A stretch of 64,000 bases of DNA, from positions 1,600,001 to 1,664,000 of the forward strand of contig OZ244960.1 in the NCBI GenBank assembly GCA_965222605.1. Direction: 5' to 3'. The translations under genes were made by a program, and so were the position numbers. This DNA is from Candidatus Latescibacterota bacterium. GTDB taxonomy: Bacteria; Latescibacterota; UBA2968. Under the pieces are notes generated by a model that saw only the letters and a program-made list of their open reading frames with translations, did no database searches and was not told the DNA's origin. Positions 38,988 to 49,299 of the stretch are shown here, one piece after another. Numbering within the stretch: position 1 is the stretch's first letter; each line of letters begins with the position of its first letter.

Positions 38988-39083
38988 TTCTGGATTGCGG
39001 CTTTAAGCCTGCCGCAATGACAAAGACACGAGCCTGCCCCGTAATGCCTGCCCCTGCCTGCTTTAAGCAGGGGCCGCGATGAC
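38988..39083. repeat. REP-like palindromic repeats
   Basis: TTCTGGATTGCGGC-N9-GCCGCAATGACA (as at 12501) plus a second GCCCCTGC...GCAGGGGC hairpin ending GCCGCGATGAC. Confidence 0.7.
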
Positions 39084-39131
39084 GGCTTTCAGATTCAGCA
39101 CATGTAATAAAATAAACAACAGGAGTGCCAT

Positions 39132-39923
39132 GTGAGCGCACCACCAATTCCAGAACGTCCACCCATCCCGGGAGTCAAACACATCGTCGCAATCGCCAGT
39201 GGCAAAGGCGGCGTGGGCAAAACGACGACCGCGTCAAATTTGGCTGTGGCAATGGCACAGTCGGGTCACGCGGTGGGATTGATGGATGCGGATATTTACG
39301 GTCCCAATGTACCGATCATGATGGGCAGCAAAGCACAACCGCAAATGACACCAGAGCAAAAAATTGAACCACTTGAGCGGTACGGTGTAAAAATGGTATC
39401 TTTGGGACTGATCGCCGGCGATGGCGTACCCATTATCTGGCGCGGGCCGATGTTGGCAAAAATGGTAACCCAATTTGTGCGCGATGTGGCCTGGGCACCG
39501 CTCGACTGTCTGGTCATCGACTTGCCCCCAGGCACCGGCGATGTGCAGTTGACTCTGACCCAATCGACCCCTTTGGATGGCGCTGTCATTGTGACAACAC
39601 CCCCTCTGGTCGCCCTGGAGGATGTGCGACGCGGCGTCGAAATGTTTCATACCGTTGAAGTACCCGTACTGGGTGTAATCGAAAACATGAGCACTTATAT
39701 ATGTAGCAAGTGCGGCACAGAAACGCCGATCTTTGGTCAGGGGGGGGGTGAGCGCATGGCAAAAGCCTATCACATCCCGTTTTTGGGCGCGATTCCCCTG
39801 CATCTACAGGTACAAATGGGAAGTGACGCGGGAGAGCCGATTGTGGCCTCTGATCCCGACTCGCCTCTAACAAAAATATACCACGATATCGCCGATAGCA
39901 TCTGGCGATCTCTGGAAATGTGA
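39132..39923 (+). CDS. apbC: Mrp/NBP35 Fe-S cluster carrier ATPase
   Basis: SGKGGVGKT, DADIYGP, WRGP, DLPPGTGD, ENMS..CSKC. Confidence 0.92.
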   Translation: MSAPPIPERPPIPGVKHIVAIASGKGGVGKTTTASNLAVAMAQSGHAVGLMDADIYGPNVPIMMGSKAQPQMTPEQKIEPLERYGVKMVSLGLIAGDGVPIIWRGPMLAKMVTQFVRDVAWAPLDCLVIDLPPGTGDVQLTLTQSTPLDGAVIVTTPPLVALEDVRRGVEMFHTVEVPVLGVIENMSTYICSKCGTETPIFGQGGGERMAKAYHIPFLGAIPLHLQVQMGSDAGEPIVASDPDSPLTKIYHDIADSIWRSLEM

Positions 39924-39949
39924 AAACTGCATCCACAATCGCGTATCAT

Positions 39950-39982
39950 AAAAAGGTGGTCGTTATGCGAGCGCCTTTTTTT
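39950..39982 (+). terminator. Intrinsic terminator
   Basis: AAAAAGGTG..TCG-loop-CGA.CGCCTTTTTT. Confidence 0.6.
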
Positions 39983-40105
39983 CTTTCTTTCTTGAAAACT
40001 ACACATTCGTTCAGTATATTTACTGCTGATTTCCGAAACCAGTCTTCCCGTTGGTGCGTCAAAGGTCTTGTAGATTTCAGGCATATTCCAACCTGTGAGG
40101 AATAA

Positions 40106-41329
40106 ATGATGTTGCAGCGTATATCGGTTATACTTGGGATTCTGATTGCTCTTTGGGCGTTTTCCGGTTGCAGTGAGGAAGCTACTGCTGACAAGGCATC
40201 TTCTGATAGCACCGCAAAGACCAGTTCGGCCAAGGCTGATTCAACCAGGGCTGATTCTGCCAAAGTTGCCAAGAATCGCAAACGCAAAAAACCGACCCCA
40301 AAGGCCAAAAATCAAAAGCCGAGAGTCGCCGAAGGGGTCCCCGTAAAAGTATCTGTCGTGGAAACGGGCAAAATTTCCCAGCATGTACTCTACAGTGCCA
40401 CAGTAGAAGCTGAGGAGACCATCGACATTTATGCGCGAGGCTCCGGGTTGGTGCGGCGCGTACTGGTCGAAGAAGGGGCGCAGGTGCGCGAGGGCCAGGT
40501 AATGGTTGAGCTGGTTGACGACGAGTTAAAGCTCAACGAGGCCGAGGCGAAATTGGCGCATCAAAAGCTGGAAGGCCAACTCAGGCGAAAAGAGGAGTTA
40601 TTTAATCGACAACTTTTGGCAAAAGAAGAATACGAGGACCTCAAGATCAATGTTGAACAGAGCAAAATTCGGTGGGAACGCGCCCGGCTATCCCTCGATT
40701 ATGCGCGCGTGCGTGCGCCGGTAAGCGGAGTCATCTCAAAACGCTCGGTCAAGCTGGGCGACCGCATTGGGGCCAGTACAAAGCTCTACGAAATGGTCAA
40801 CTTGAGTCGCTTGATCGCCTATGTACACGTACCGGGGCAGGGCATGCACAATTTGGCAGTTGGACAGCCCGCACTCGTGACAACAGATTTTTTGCCCGGA
40901 ACAAACTTTCAAGGAAAGATATTGCGTATCAGCCCCGTAGTCGATCCCGGGTCGGGCACGTTTAAAGTAACTCTGGAACTGAAATCAAAGAATCGGCTGC
41001 TGCGGCCCGGCATGTTCATCAATGCACACATCGTCACAGCAACCCACCCCAGGGCCGTGCTCGTACCCAAACGGGCTGTGGTGTACGACGATGGCATGCC
41101 ACATGTATTCGTCGTGTCGGACAGCACGGTCAACAAAATCCGCTTTGAAATGGGTTTTGACGACACCGAATTTGTCGAGGTGCTCGCGGGTGTGAAAAAA
41201 GGCGATCAGATTGTGGTAGTAGGGCAAAATGGTTTGAAGGATAAAGCCAAAGTACGGATCATCGAAGGTGAGGGGTTACGCATTCCCGCGAAGCCAGATT
41301 CAACTCGGGAACAAGCAGAAAAGACGTGA
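40106..41329 (+). CDS. RND efflux membrane fusion protein (lipoprotein)
   Basis: Lipobox FSGC, VEEG..V..GQ, RAPVSG, LRPGMF, VP..AV. Confidence 0.88.
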   Translation: MMLQRISVILGILIALWAFSGCSEEATADKASSDSTAKTSSAKADSTRADSAKVAKNRKRKKPTPKAKNQKPRVAEGVPVKVSVVETGKISQHVLYSATVEAEETIDIYARGSGLVRRVLVEEGAQVREGQVMVELVDDELKLNEAEAKLAHQKLEGQLRRKEELFNRQLLAKEEYEDLKINVEQSKIRWERARLSLDYARVRAPVSGVISKRSVKLGDRIGASTKLYEMVNLSRLIAYVHVPGQGMHNLAVGQPALVTTDFLPGTNFQGKILRISPVVDPGSGTFKVTLELKSKNRLLRPGMFINAHIVTATHPRAVLVPKRAVVYDDGMPHVFVVSDSTVNKIRFEMGFDDTEFVEVLAGVKKGDQIVVVGQNGLKDKAKVRIIEGEGLRIPAKPDSTREQAEKT

Positions 41330-41346
41330 TGAGAGATTTATTGTTC

Positions 41347-41397
41347 GCGGCATAGGTTCGTGGCTGACGCAATCGCCGTCCCATGAACCTGTGTTGC
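41347..41397 (+). other. Intergenic RNA stem-loop between MFP and RND genes
   Basis: GCGGCATAGGTTCGTGG / CCATGAACCTGTGTTGC 17-bp stem with G-U pairs that form only on the + strand. Confidence 0.55.
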
Positions 41398-41474
41398 CTG
41401 TCGTTGTGTGAAAATAGCGAATCGCAGACTTTTAATATGTGGGCGGTTCGCTGATTTTTTATGCGGAGCGATAC

Positions 41475-44400
41475 ATGGAGAACAATATGGAATCGGAAGT
41501 TCGGGACAATGTAAAACGGGATTTTTCTCAAACATTTGCAATTACGACCCGGCGGCCCGTAGCGATCTTTATGGTAGTCCTGGCCGTTGCCGTATTTGGT
41601 TATGTGTCATATCAGCAATTGCCGCTAAATATGATGCCCGACATTTCATATCCAACGCTAACAGTGCGCACCGAATATCCCGATACCGCACCCGAGGAAG
41701 TTGAAAATTTAATCTCAAGGCCAATTGAGCAGCGCCTGGGAGTGGTGAGCAACCTCGTGAGTATTACATCGATCTCCAGACCTGGCATGTCCGACGTGAT
41801 TTTGGAATTTGGCTGGGACACCGATATGAATGATGCCGTGCAGACAGTACGCGAAAATCTCGACCGCCTCAATTTGCCACGCGGGGTCAATCGCCCGTTG
41901 ATTTTGCGCTACGACCCAACGCAAGACCCGATAATGCGCGTGGGGATTTACGGTAAAGAAAACATGTATGTGTTGCGCCATATTGCCGAAGAAGAAATCA
42001 AACAAGAACTGGAGGCACTCAAAGGCGTAGCTGCGGCGCGTGTGAAAGGTGGCCTCGAAGAAGAAATTCGGGTTGAGATCAGCGAGCGGAAATTGGCACT
42101 GATGGGACTCAATATCAACACCATCAACAGGCGGTTGCAAGAAGAAAATGTCAACCTCGCCGGCGGCAGCTTGTTGGACGGACAAACGCAGTACCTCGTG
42201 CGTACTCTGAATGAATTTCGCACCATCGATGAAATTGCCAATCTGGTGGTGGGCGACCGCAACAATATAGAAATCCGGGTAAAAGATGTGGGACAGGTTG
42301 ATCGCACGCACAAAGAGCGGGAGATCATCACACGGGTCAATGGCGTAGAAAGTGTAGAAATCGAAATTTTTAAGGAAGCCGACGCCAATATCGTGGCGAC
42401 GGCACAGCGCGTGCGCGACCGCCTATTTGGCACGCCCGAACAATTGGCGTACATAGAAAAAGTCAAAGCGGGCGAGATCGAAAAAGCCAAAGCCAATGAC
42501 CGGCAGGAACAGGTGCGGCAATTTGTGCAGATGAAAGAAATGACGAGTTTTATTGCTTTTACATTACCCGAAGACGTGGCTATGGAAATGCTATCCGACC
42601 AATCGACATTTATTGAATCCTCGATCAATGAGGTCAAACAAACCGCGCTATTGGGTGGGTTGCTGGCGATATTGGTTTTGTACATCTTTCTTCGCAATCC
42701 GTCGCACACGGCCATAGTGGGCCTCGCCATCCCGATTTCAATTGTAGCGACATTTGCCCCCATGAACATTTTTGGCGTATCCTTAAACATCATGTCTCTG
42801 GGCGGATTGGCACTCGGTATTGGAATGCTGGTTGACAATGCCATTGTGGTATTGGAAAGCATTTTTCGATGCCGCGAAGAAGGCGACGATATGGTTTCAG
42901 CCACCATCCGGGGAACGGGTGAAGTCGGCGGAGCGGTTTTTGCATCCACGCTGACAACTGTGGCGGTGTTTTTTCCCATTGTATTTGTCGAGGGCGTGGC
43001 CGGGCAGATTTTCGGCGACATGGCACTAACCGTTGTTTTTTCACTCCTGGCATCTTTGGGCGTCGCGCTGTTTTTTATTCCCATGCTGGCTTCGCGGCAA
43101 ATGCATTTGTCGCGCGGCGATAGCGAAGAGCAAGGCGCGCGTCTGATGCGATCCGAAGTGTTGCAGTTGCGCTCGGTAGAGTGGTTGCTCGAGGGCATGG
43201 GACTAAAAAAAAGGGGCGAGGATGCTCTTAAATATCACGCCATGAATTTTAGCACGCTGTTGATGCGCGTGCCAATTGGCTTTGTCTATTTGTTGGGCGA
43301 ATACATCGTCCGCGTATTGTGGCTTACAAGTGTAATCGCGGTCGTGGCACTCAAAGCCGTATTTACCGTATTGGCGGTTCTTCTATACCCCATTATCTAT
43401 CCCGGATGGGGATTTTATTGTTGGCTCGGTTCTGGACCAGCATGGCGTCAGGAAATAAATCGCCTGTGGGGACCTCTGTGCGCCTGGGCTGCGGAACAAG
43501 ACCTGTTTGGCAAAGCATGGGTGCGGATAATATGGGACGATTTGCTGGTGTTTGTAACACCCCAAAATTTGGGACGCGACCTGAGTGTGCAAACGAAATG
43601 GACAGGAAGAACACTGACGCGTCTGTTCCGCTGGGTTTGGAAGCACGCGGTCTGGAAGCGCGTTTTGGAGCTCGTACCCGTATTCTTGGGCGCAGTGGGC
43701 GTTTTGTTGCTATTTGTACTCGGCGCAGTTTATTTTCTTCTACGATTCCTGATTTTTACCACACTCATATTAACCGGCAAAATACTGATCTTGACACTCA
43801 TGTTTTTGTTTTTGACCGGATTGGTCACATTGCTGGTCGTCGCCCTTGTCCTGTTGCCCATCCTCGCGCCAGTCCTGTTTTTGTTTGAACGCGGTTTTGG
43901 AGCTGTTCGGAACGCTTACACGCCTTTTATCCGCTGGGCTTTGCACAACAGGCTGAGCATTGTAGCAGGTGCTGTGGTACCTTTTGCGATATGCTGGATG
44001 GTCTTGTTGCCCCGATTGGGCAATGAATTGATCCCACAGGTACATCAGGGCGAATTTAATGTGGATATTGGTTTGCCCGTGGGCACGCCGCTCGAAATGA
44101 CTGACGAGACCCTGAAGCTCATCGAGTCGCGGGTAATAGATGCATATGATGTGGGCGCGATTTCTTCGACAGTTGGCGTGGATAAAACCGATATCGCATC
44201 GTCTGATCAAGGCGAGCACACCGGGGTAGTTTCTGTGGTGCTGGAGGATAGCGAAACAGAGGACAGGAAAAATGTACTGGCGAGTTGGGGGCAAGACCTC
44301 CTGACATTGCCCGCACGTATTTGGGGCGGCATCAAAGGAGAAAGCGTTTTGGCACAACGCGAAGATGCATTAATGGCTGATTTGAGAAACAGGCTCTCGG

Positions 44401-45515
44401 ATTTGCCGCAGATAAAAGCCGATTTTTCGCGCCCCGCACTATTTAGTTTTAAGACGCCTATAGAGGTGGAAGTTCGCGGTTATGATTTGCCAACATTGAC
44501 TCAATTGGGACGCGAGGCCGAGCGGGTGATGAGCGAAATTCCCGGACTTTACGATGTGAAATCGAGCCTTCAGCGTGGCAACCCGGAAGTACAAATTGTT
44601 TACAAGCGCGACTTGTTAGCCAAATACAACTTGAATGTGCGTCAGGTAGCCTCGCTGGTGCGCGAAAAAGTCCAGGGCAATGTGGTGACGCGATTTCGAG
44701 AGGCCGACCGGCGCATTGATGTGCTGGTGCGCATAGATGAGGCCGACCGCGCCGGGGTGTCTGAACTGCGTCGGCTGGTGGTGAACCCGGGGCGACAGCA
44801 AGTGCCCATTCGCCTATCTGCGGTAGCCGATATTGAAGTACACGAAGGACCCAGTGAAATTCGGCGCATAGATCAACAGCGCGCGGTTCTGATTTCGGCC
44901 AATGTGAGCGGTGTGGATTTGGGAACGATGACAGCTATGATTCAGCAAGCATTGGAAACAATGGAAGTACCTCAGGATGTATCGATGGTCATTGGCGGAC
45001 AAAACAAGGAAATGGAGACATCTTTGAACAGTTTGACCTTTGCATTGGGTCTTGCAATTTTTCTCGTGTACATCGTAATGGCCTCGCAATTTGAATCATT
45101 CCTCCATCCATTCGTCATTATGTTTAGCATCCCACTGGCACTAATTGGCGTAATTGTCATTCTATTTGTCACCGGCATACCTCTTTCGGTCGTGGTCTTT
45201 TTGGGCGTTATCATGCTGGCGGGCATTGTCGTGAACAATGCCATTGTGCTCGTAGATTATATCAACCACCTGCGGCGCAGTGGGTTGTCCAAAATAGAAG
45301 CCATTGTCCAGGCAGGCGAAGTGCGGTTGCGCCCTATCTTGATGACCACATCGACAACCGTGTTGGGATTATTGCCCATGGCACTCGGCCTGGGCGATGG
45401 CGCAGAAATCCGCACGCCAATGGCGATTACCGTCGTGGCCGGGCTAATCAGTTCCACCCTTTTAACGCTGGTAATTATTCCAACGGTATATTCGCTGATG
45501 GACCGCGGCGAGTAA
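41475..45515 (+). CDS. AcrB/AcrD/AcrF-family RND permease with a large internal insertion
   Basis: GMLVDNAIVVLE, ASTLTT.AVF.P, GIVVNNAIVLVD, RLRPILMT. Confidence 0.9.
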   Translation: MENNMESEVRDNVKRDFSQTFAITTRRPVAIFMVVLAVAVFGYVSYQQLPLNMMPDISYPTLTVRTEYPDTAPEEVENLISRPIEQRLGVVSNLVSITSISRPGMSDVILEFGWDTDMNDAVQTVRENLDRLNLPRGVNRPLILRYDPTQDPIMRVGIYGKENMYVLRHIAEEEIKQELEALKGVAAARVKGGLEEEIRVEISERKLALMGLNINTINRRLQEENVNLAGGSLLDGQTQYLVRTLNEFRTIDEIANLVVGDRNNIEIRVKDVGQVDRTHKEREIITRVNGVESVEIEIFKEADANIVATAQRVRDRLFGTPEQLAYIEKVKAGEIEKAKANDRQEQVRQFVQMKEMTSFIAFTLPEDVAMEMLSDQSTFIESSINEVKQTALLGGLLAILVLYIFLRNPSHTAIVGLAIPISIVATFAPMNIFGVSLNIMSLGGLALGIGMLVDNAIVVLESIFRCREEGDDMVSATIRGTGEVGGAVFASTLTTVAVFFPIVFVEGVAGQIFGDMALTVVFSLLASLGVALFFIPMLASRQMHLSRGDSEEQGARLMRSEVLQLRSVEWLLEGMGLKKRGEDALKYHAMNFSTLLMRVPIGFVYLLGEYIVRVLWLTSVIAVVALKAVFTVLAVLLYPIIYPGWGFYCWLGSGPAWRQEINRLWGPLCAWAAEQDLFGKAWVRIIWDDLLVFVTPQNLGRDLSVQTKWTGRTLTRLFRWVWKHAVWKRVLELVPVFLGAVGVLLLFVLGAVYFLLRFLIFTTLILTGKILILTLMFLFLTGLVTLLVVALVLLPILAPVLFLFERGFGAVRNAYTPFIRWALHNRLSIVAGAVVPFAICWMVLLPRLGNELIPQVHQGEFNVDIGLPVGTPLEMTDETLKLIESRVIDAYDVGAISSTVGVDKTDIASSDQGEHTGVVSVVLEDSETEDRKNVLASWGQDLLTLPARIWGGIKGESVLAQREDALMADLRNRLSDLPQIKADFSRPALFSFKTPIEVEVRGYDLPTLTQLGREAERVMSEIPGLYDVKSSLQRGNPEVQIVYKRDLLAKYNLNVRQVASLVREKVQGNVVTRFREADRRIDVLVRIDEADRAGVSELRRLVVNPGRQQVPIRLSAVADIEVHEGPSEIRRIDQQRAVLISANVSGVDLGTMTAMIQQALETMEVPQDVSMVIGGQNKEMETSLNSLTFALGLAIFLVYIVMASQFESFLHPFVIMFSIPLALIGVIVILFVTGIPLSVVVFLGVIMLAGIVVNNAIVLVDYINHLRRSGLSKIEAIVQAGEVRLRPILMTTSTTVLGLLPMALGLGDGAEIRTPMAITVVAGLISSTLLTLVIIPTVYSLMDRGE

Positions 45516-45531
45516 CCGAACACCGTTGCCA

Positions 45532-45557
45532 GTAGGGGCGGATCCCTGTGTCCGCCC
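45532..45557 (+). repeat. GTAG-type REP element
   Basis: GTAG followed by GGGCGGA-N8-TCCGCCC palindrome. Confidence 0.65.
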
Positions 45558-45802
45558 GTCCTAAAACAGGCGTCTTAAGGTATTGCGATACAGTAAGTTC
45601 CTTAAAAGTCCCACCCTCCCCCCGTCCCCTGCCGCACTGCCCGAGGTTTTTTTTCAATTGACTTTTGACAACTTTTTGTTTTCTTAAGCACTTGTAGTTT
45701 TTATGACAAAGCAAGCAAATACTCGGTAACTTTTTGGTCTTTTTTTCGTCTAACCTTTGTAACAACAATAGCCACCTCATTTGTAGAAATATGGAGAATT
45801 GG

Positions 45803-47179
45803 ATGATGCATTGTATTAAATATATCGCAGTATTGGCAATTGTCCTTGCCTGCGTGAATACCAGTGCCCAGGAAGCGCGAAGGGAAATGCGCCTCACGCT
45901 GAATGAGTGTGTGGAGATCGCGCTGACGAGTAGTGCCCAAATCGAGCAAGATAAGTACACCGTTGCGATTTCTGAGACCCAGGTAGATAATGCGCGAAAT
46001 AGTTTTTTGCCGAACACTTCGAACATGTCATGGGGTATCAGCAGAAATGTTCAGGGGCCGCGTGAAGGACAAGTTCTGGATCCGTCAACGGGTACACTGG
46101 TGCAGCTATTAGGGGAAGATCGCGTTAGTGGCGCACAAAGCTTCAGTATTACTGGATTGACAATGCCGGTTTATGATGGTCGGCTCATCTCCCAGCTATC
46201 GAGCGCGAAAAACAGTCTGATGCAGACGCGAATGCAACAAGCTGGCAATCGCCAAACGATCACTTTTCAGACCAAACAGCGCTACTTTCAATTGTTACAA
46301 GCCATCAAACTATTGGAAGTTCAGCAAGAGCGCGTACGAGTATCCGAAGAAAGCCTGCGCAGGGCAGAGACATTATACGAGATTGGATCCGTGGCAATTT
46401 TACAGGTGACGAATGCAAGATCGGCTCTGGCGGGTTTGCGTGCAACCCTGATCCAGCGAGAAAATGATGTGAGCATTGCGCAGTCGAACCTGGCATTTAC
46501 AATGGGTCTGGGCACGGATATAGATATTATTCCATCAGAAGAAGAGTTTGAACTTGCGTCTCCAAAATATTCTTTTCTCGATGCACTATCTATCGCGCTT
46601 GCAGAACATCCCGATATCCTGGGTAGCAAGTACGATATGCAGGCTTCCCGAGACGATTACAATGCAACAAAAAAAGGATTGTACCATCCCAGGATTACGA
46701 TGAGCACCAATGCCTATAGCTGGAGCCTTGGTAAGGATGAAGAGTTTGGCGGTCCGGAAGATATCTTTCTCAAGAACTATAGCTATGGTATTAGTCTCAA
46801 CGTAACCATGCCCCTTTTTAACTTTAACACGAGCAATACTTTGAAGCGGCTAAAGTTGCAGTATTTGCGCAGTCAGGAGCAGTTAGATCAGGCCAAACGG
46901 CAAAAAGCATTGACCATTCGACTGCGCTATCTCAACCTGGAGCGCTTTCGGCGTTTGATCGAGGCGAATGAAGTAGCCGTACAAGCGGCTGAAGAAAATT
47001 TTAAGCTGGAAGAAGAGCGGTATAATTTTGGCGGGGGAACTTTTCTCGAGCGGTTGACCGCTCAGAGCAATCTGTACAATGCACGCAATAATCTGGTGCA
47101 GTCAAAATACAACTATTTGGTCGAAATAGCGAATTTGGAAAACGAAATCGGCACACCTGTTGTCGGAAATCCTGAATAG
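45803..47179 (+). CDS. TolC-family outer membrane efflux protein
   Basis: Signal peptide, LTL.ECV.IAL, two helical repeats (YF.LL.A; Y..G..T.LE). Confidence 0.85.
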   Translation: MMHCIKYIAVLAIVLACVNTSAQEARREMRLTLNECVEIALTSSAQIEQDKYTVAISETQVDNARNSFLPNTSNMSWGISRNVQGPREGQVLDPSTGTLVQLLGEDRVSGAQSFSITGLTMPVYDGRLISQLSSAKNSLMQTRMQQAGNRQTITFQTKQRYFQLLQAIKLLEVQQERVRVSEESLRRAETLYEIGSVAILQVTNARSALAGLRATLIQRENDVSIAQSNLAFTMGLGTDIDIIPSEEEFELASPKYSFLDALSIALAEHPDILGSKYDMQASRDDYNATKKGLYHPRITMSTNAYSWSLGKDEEFGGPEDIFLKNYSYGISLNVTMPLFNFNTSNTLKRLKLQYLRSQEQLDQAKRQKALTIRLRYLNLERFRRLIEANEVAVQAAEENFKLEEERYNFGGGTFLERLTAQSNLYNARNNLVQSKYNYLVEIANLENEIGTPVVGNPE

Positions 47180-47194
47180 TACGGAGGCGAGTTT

Positions 47195-47674
47195 ATGGGT
47201 ATGTTTTATCGAATGATCCGCTGGCGCAGTTGTACAAGTATGGGATTGGTTGTGGTTGCCCTGCTCTTGAGCATGGCGGTCCCTGCCCAGGCTGTGGATA
47301 AGGATTTTTTGATGCGATCAAAATTTCACGGCGCACTGATGCTGGGCCTTGGCGGCGTTCTGGTTAAAGGAGCGTTCGATGCAAAAAAAGAGGCCAATGA
47401 TGCTTATGATCTTTACAAACAAGCCGGTACCTCTTCATTAGCGCGAGAATTTTACGATAATTCCAAGCGCCATGACACCCGCGCTGCAGTGTTGGGAGTA
47501 GCGGGTGGTGCAACCATTCTTTTTGCCGTGCATCTGTTTCTGAAAGAAGATGAGGGGGGGTTGCCTCCCCCAAAGATGAATCGGGGCATTGTGAACATCA
47601 AGGGTGTCGCATTAGATATAAAAGGCGATGTGTTTCAGAGAAAGATGCAGGTCCAGATAAAAAAAGGGTTTTGA
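47195..47674 (+). CDS. Hypothetical exported/membrane protein
   Basis: RBS GGAGG, signal peptide, two hydrophobic segments. Confidence 0.7.
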   Translation: MGMFYRMIRWRSCTSMGLVVVALLLSMAVPAQAVDKDFLMRSKFHGALMLGLGGVLVKGAFDAKKEANDAYDLYKQAGTSSLAREFYDNSKRHDTRAAVLGVAGGATILFAVHLFLKEDEGGLPPPKMNRGIVNIKGVALDIKGDVFQRKMQVQIKKGF

Positions 47675-47686
47675 AGTATAAAAAAT

Positions 47687-47727
47687 AAAAAAAGGGTCAA
47701 TGCTCGCGTGAGTGTTGACCCTTTTTT
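47687..47727. terminator. Bidirectional terminator
   Basis: AAAAAAGGGTCAA-TGCTC-loop-GAGTG-TTGACCCTTTTTT. Confidence 0.8.
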
Positions 47728-47795
47728 GCATGGTATTTGCTGGACTTAAGTTCAACTGCCCATGCGCGTTGGGCGATTTGTGGAGGGCGTTTGAC

Positions 47796-48290
47796 ATGCC
47801 GTCGGGTAAGACACATACGCGGATTGATCTTTTTTTACTGGTGGTCATTATCGGCATAGGAGCCTGTTTTTGGGGATCTCTCGTCGAATTTTTTGGACGC
47901 GATGAGATAGTCGAATACGGAACTGTTTTTGTGATTGCCTATTTATTTGGCACGTTTTTACTATCGCCCGATCTGGACTTAAAGGCCAGTGACCCGTTGA
48001 AGAACTGGGGAATTTTGCGTTTGCTGTGGCGGCCTTATTCCCATATTTTCAAACACAGAGGGCTTTCCCATGTGCCGATTGTGGGCACTCTGACCCGCGT
48101 GATTTATATTTTCGTGGTGGTGTACGCACTCGCAGCTATGGCCAACGCATTCTTTAATTTGGGTTGGGAAATGTCGTTTGACGACTTGAAGAACATGGAT
48201 TTCAAAATCATTATATGGGCACTTGCGGGGCTGTGTTTGCCTGATCTCTTTCACATTTTGGCCGATCACACACTTAAAAACGCCCGTTGA
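47796..48290 (+). CDS. DUF2227-family metal-binding membrane protein
   Basis: MPSGKTH, LSPDLDL, WG.LR.LW.PY, HRG.SH, H..AD. Confidence 0.85.
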   Translation: MPSGKTHTRIDLFLLVVIIGIGACFWGSLVEFFGRDEIVEYGTVFVIAYLFGTFLLSPDLDLKASDPLKNWGILRLLWRPYSHIFKHRGLSHVPIVGTLTRVIYIFVVVYALAAMANAFFNLGWEMSFDDLKNMDFKIIIWALAGLCLPDLFHILADHTLKNAR

Positions 48291-48346
48291 TTTCTGGTAT
48301 AATGCCCTTTATATTGCACACCCGCAGGCTCAAAGCATTGGGAGAC

Positions 48347-49174
48347 GTGTTGAAACGCAAAAATTTTTCGGTGCTGGTCATTCCAGACGATGGCTCGAGA
48401 ACCCTGAAGTTTAAGCTCAGTTATCCCATGCTGTTGGGGATAGGCCTGGTATCGGCCTTTGCGCTGTGTATGGTATTTATCGGTCTGTTCTTTTTGTGGC
48501 AAGCCCTGTATTGGAAACACACCGCACAAAATCTTGAACGGGACAATGAACGCCTGTACGCTGACGTTACCCGCGTGGATGAATTGGCGCAAGTGATAAC
48601 GCGCATGCAGGTCGGAGAGCAAAAACTGCGTTCTATATTGGCGGGCCACATCGGCTTGTCGCCAACACCCGACGAAGTGCGGTACATTGAGGGTGACTAT
48701 GCAGTTGCAACGCTATTGGTGCAAAGCAATCAGCGCGTTGGTCTGGATATCCACTGGGTTCCCGCAATCTGGCCAGTACCCCCTTCTCTTGGATGGGTGG
48801 CACGCGCGTTTGAAGCGGAAGACAACTGCGTCAACGGGTTATCTCCGACGAGCATATTCAAAAATCGCCATTCGGGGATTGATATCGCCGCCAGTGAAGG
48901 GACGCCCGTGCAGGCCACAGCCGATGGACAGGTAACATTTGCAGATTTCGATCTCGAGTTGGGGTATATGGTGGTTATTGATCACGGTGGCATTTATACG
49001 ACGCGGTATGGTCACAATCGCGCACTGCTGGTCAAAGAAGGGGAGTATGTTAGGCAAGGGCAATACGTTGCACTGGTGGGCACCTCAACGCAAAGCCGTG
49101 AGCCTCATTTACACTACGAAGTTATCGAAGGGGGACGGGCATGCAATCCGCGCGATTTCTTACCTCGAAAATAG
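48347..49174 (+). CDS. M23 family metallopeptidase
   Basis: TM segment + coiled coil, H.GIDI, YGH, PHLHYEV. Confidence 0.88.
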   Translation: MLKRKNFSVLVIPDDGSRTLKFKLSYPMLLGIGLVSAFALCMVFIGLFFLWQALYWKHTAQNLERDNERLYADVTRVDELAQVITRMQVGEQKLRSILAGHIGLSPTPDEVRYIEGDYAVATLLVQSNQRVGLDIHWVPAIWPVPPSLGWVARAFEAEDNCVNGLSPTSIFKNRHSGIDIAASEGTPVQATADGQVTFADFDLELGYMVVIDHGGIYTTRYGHNRALLVKEGEYVRQGQYVALVGTSTQSREPHLHYEVIEGGRACNPRDFLPRK

Positions 49175-49176
49175 CC

Positions 49177-49278
49177 ATGTTTAACAAGCAAAACCACGTA
49201 GAAGCCATCAATACGATTGTGGGCGAAGGATCGGTTGTGGATATGACGCGCGTTTTTTTTGTTTCTCCAAATAGCTAA
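49177..49278 (+). pseudogene. Truncated bactofilin (polymer-forming cytoskeletal protein) remnant
   Basis: MFNKQNHVEAINTIVGEGSVV, then loss of similarity at a T8 run and a stop after 33 aa; directly downstream of the M23 peptidase. Confidence 0.6.
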
Positions 49279-49299
49279 CCCGCTGATACTGCATCTTGT

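Noticed and set aside
41948-43198. 416-aa minus-strand ORF
   Set aside because: Antisense shadow of the RND permease.
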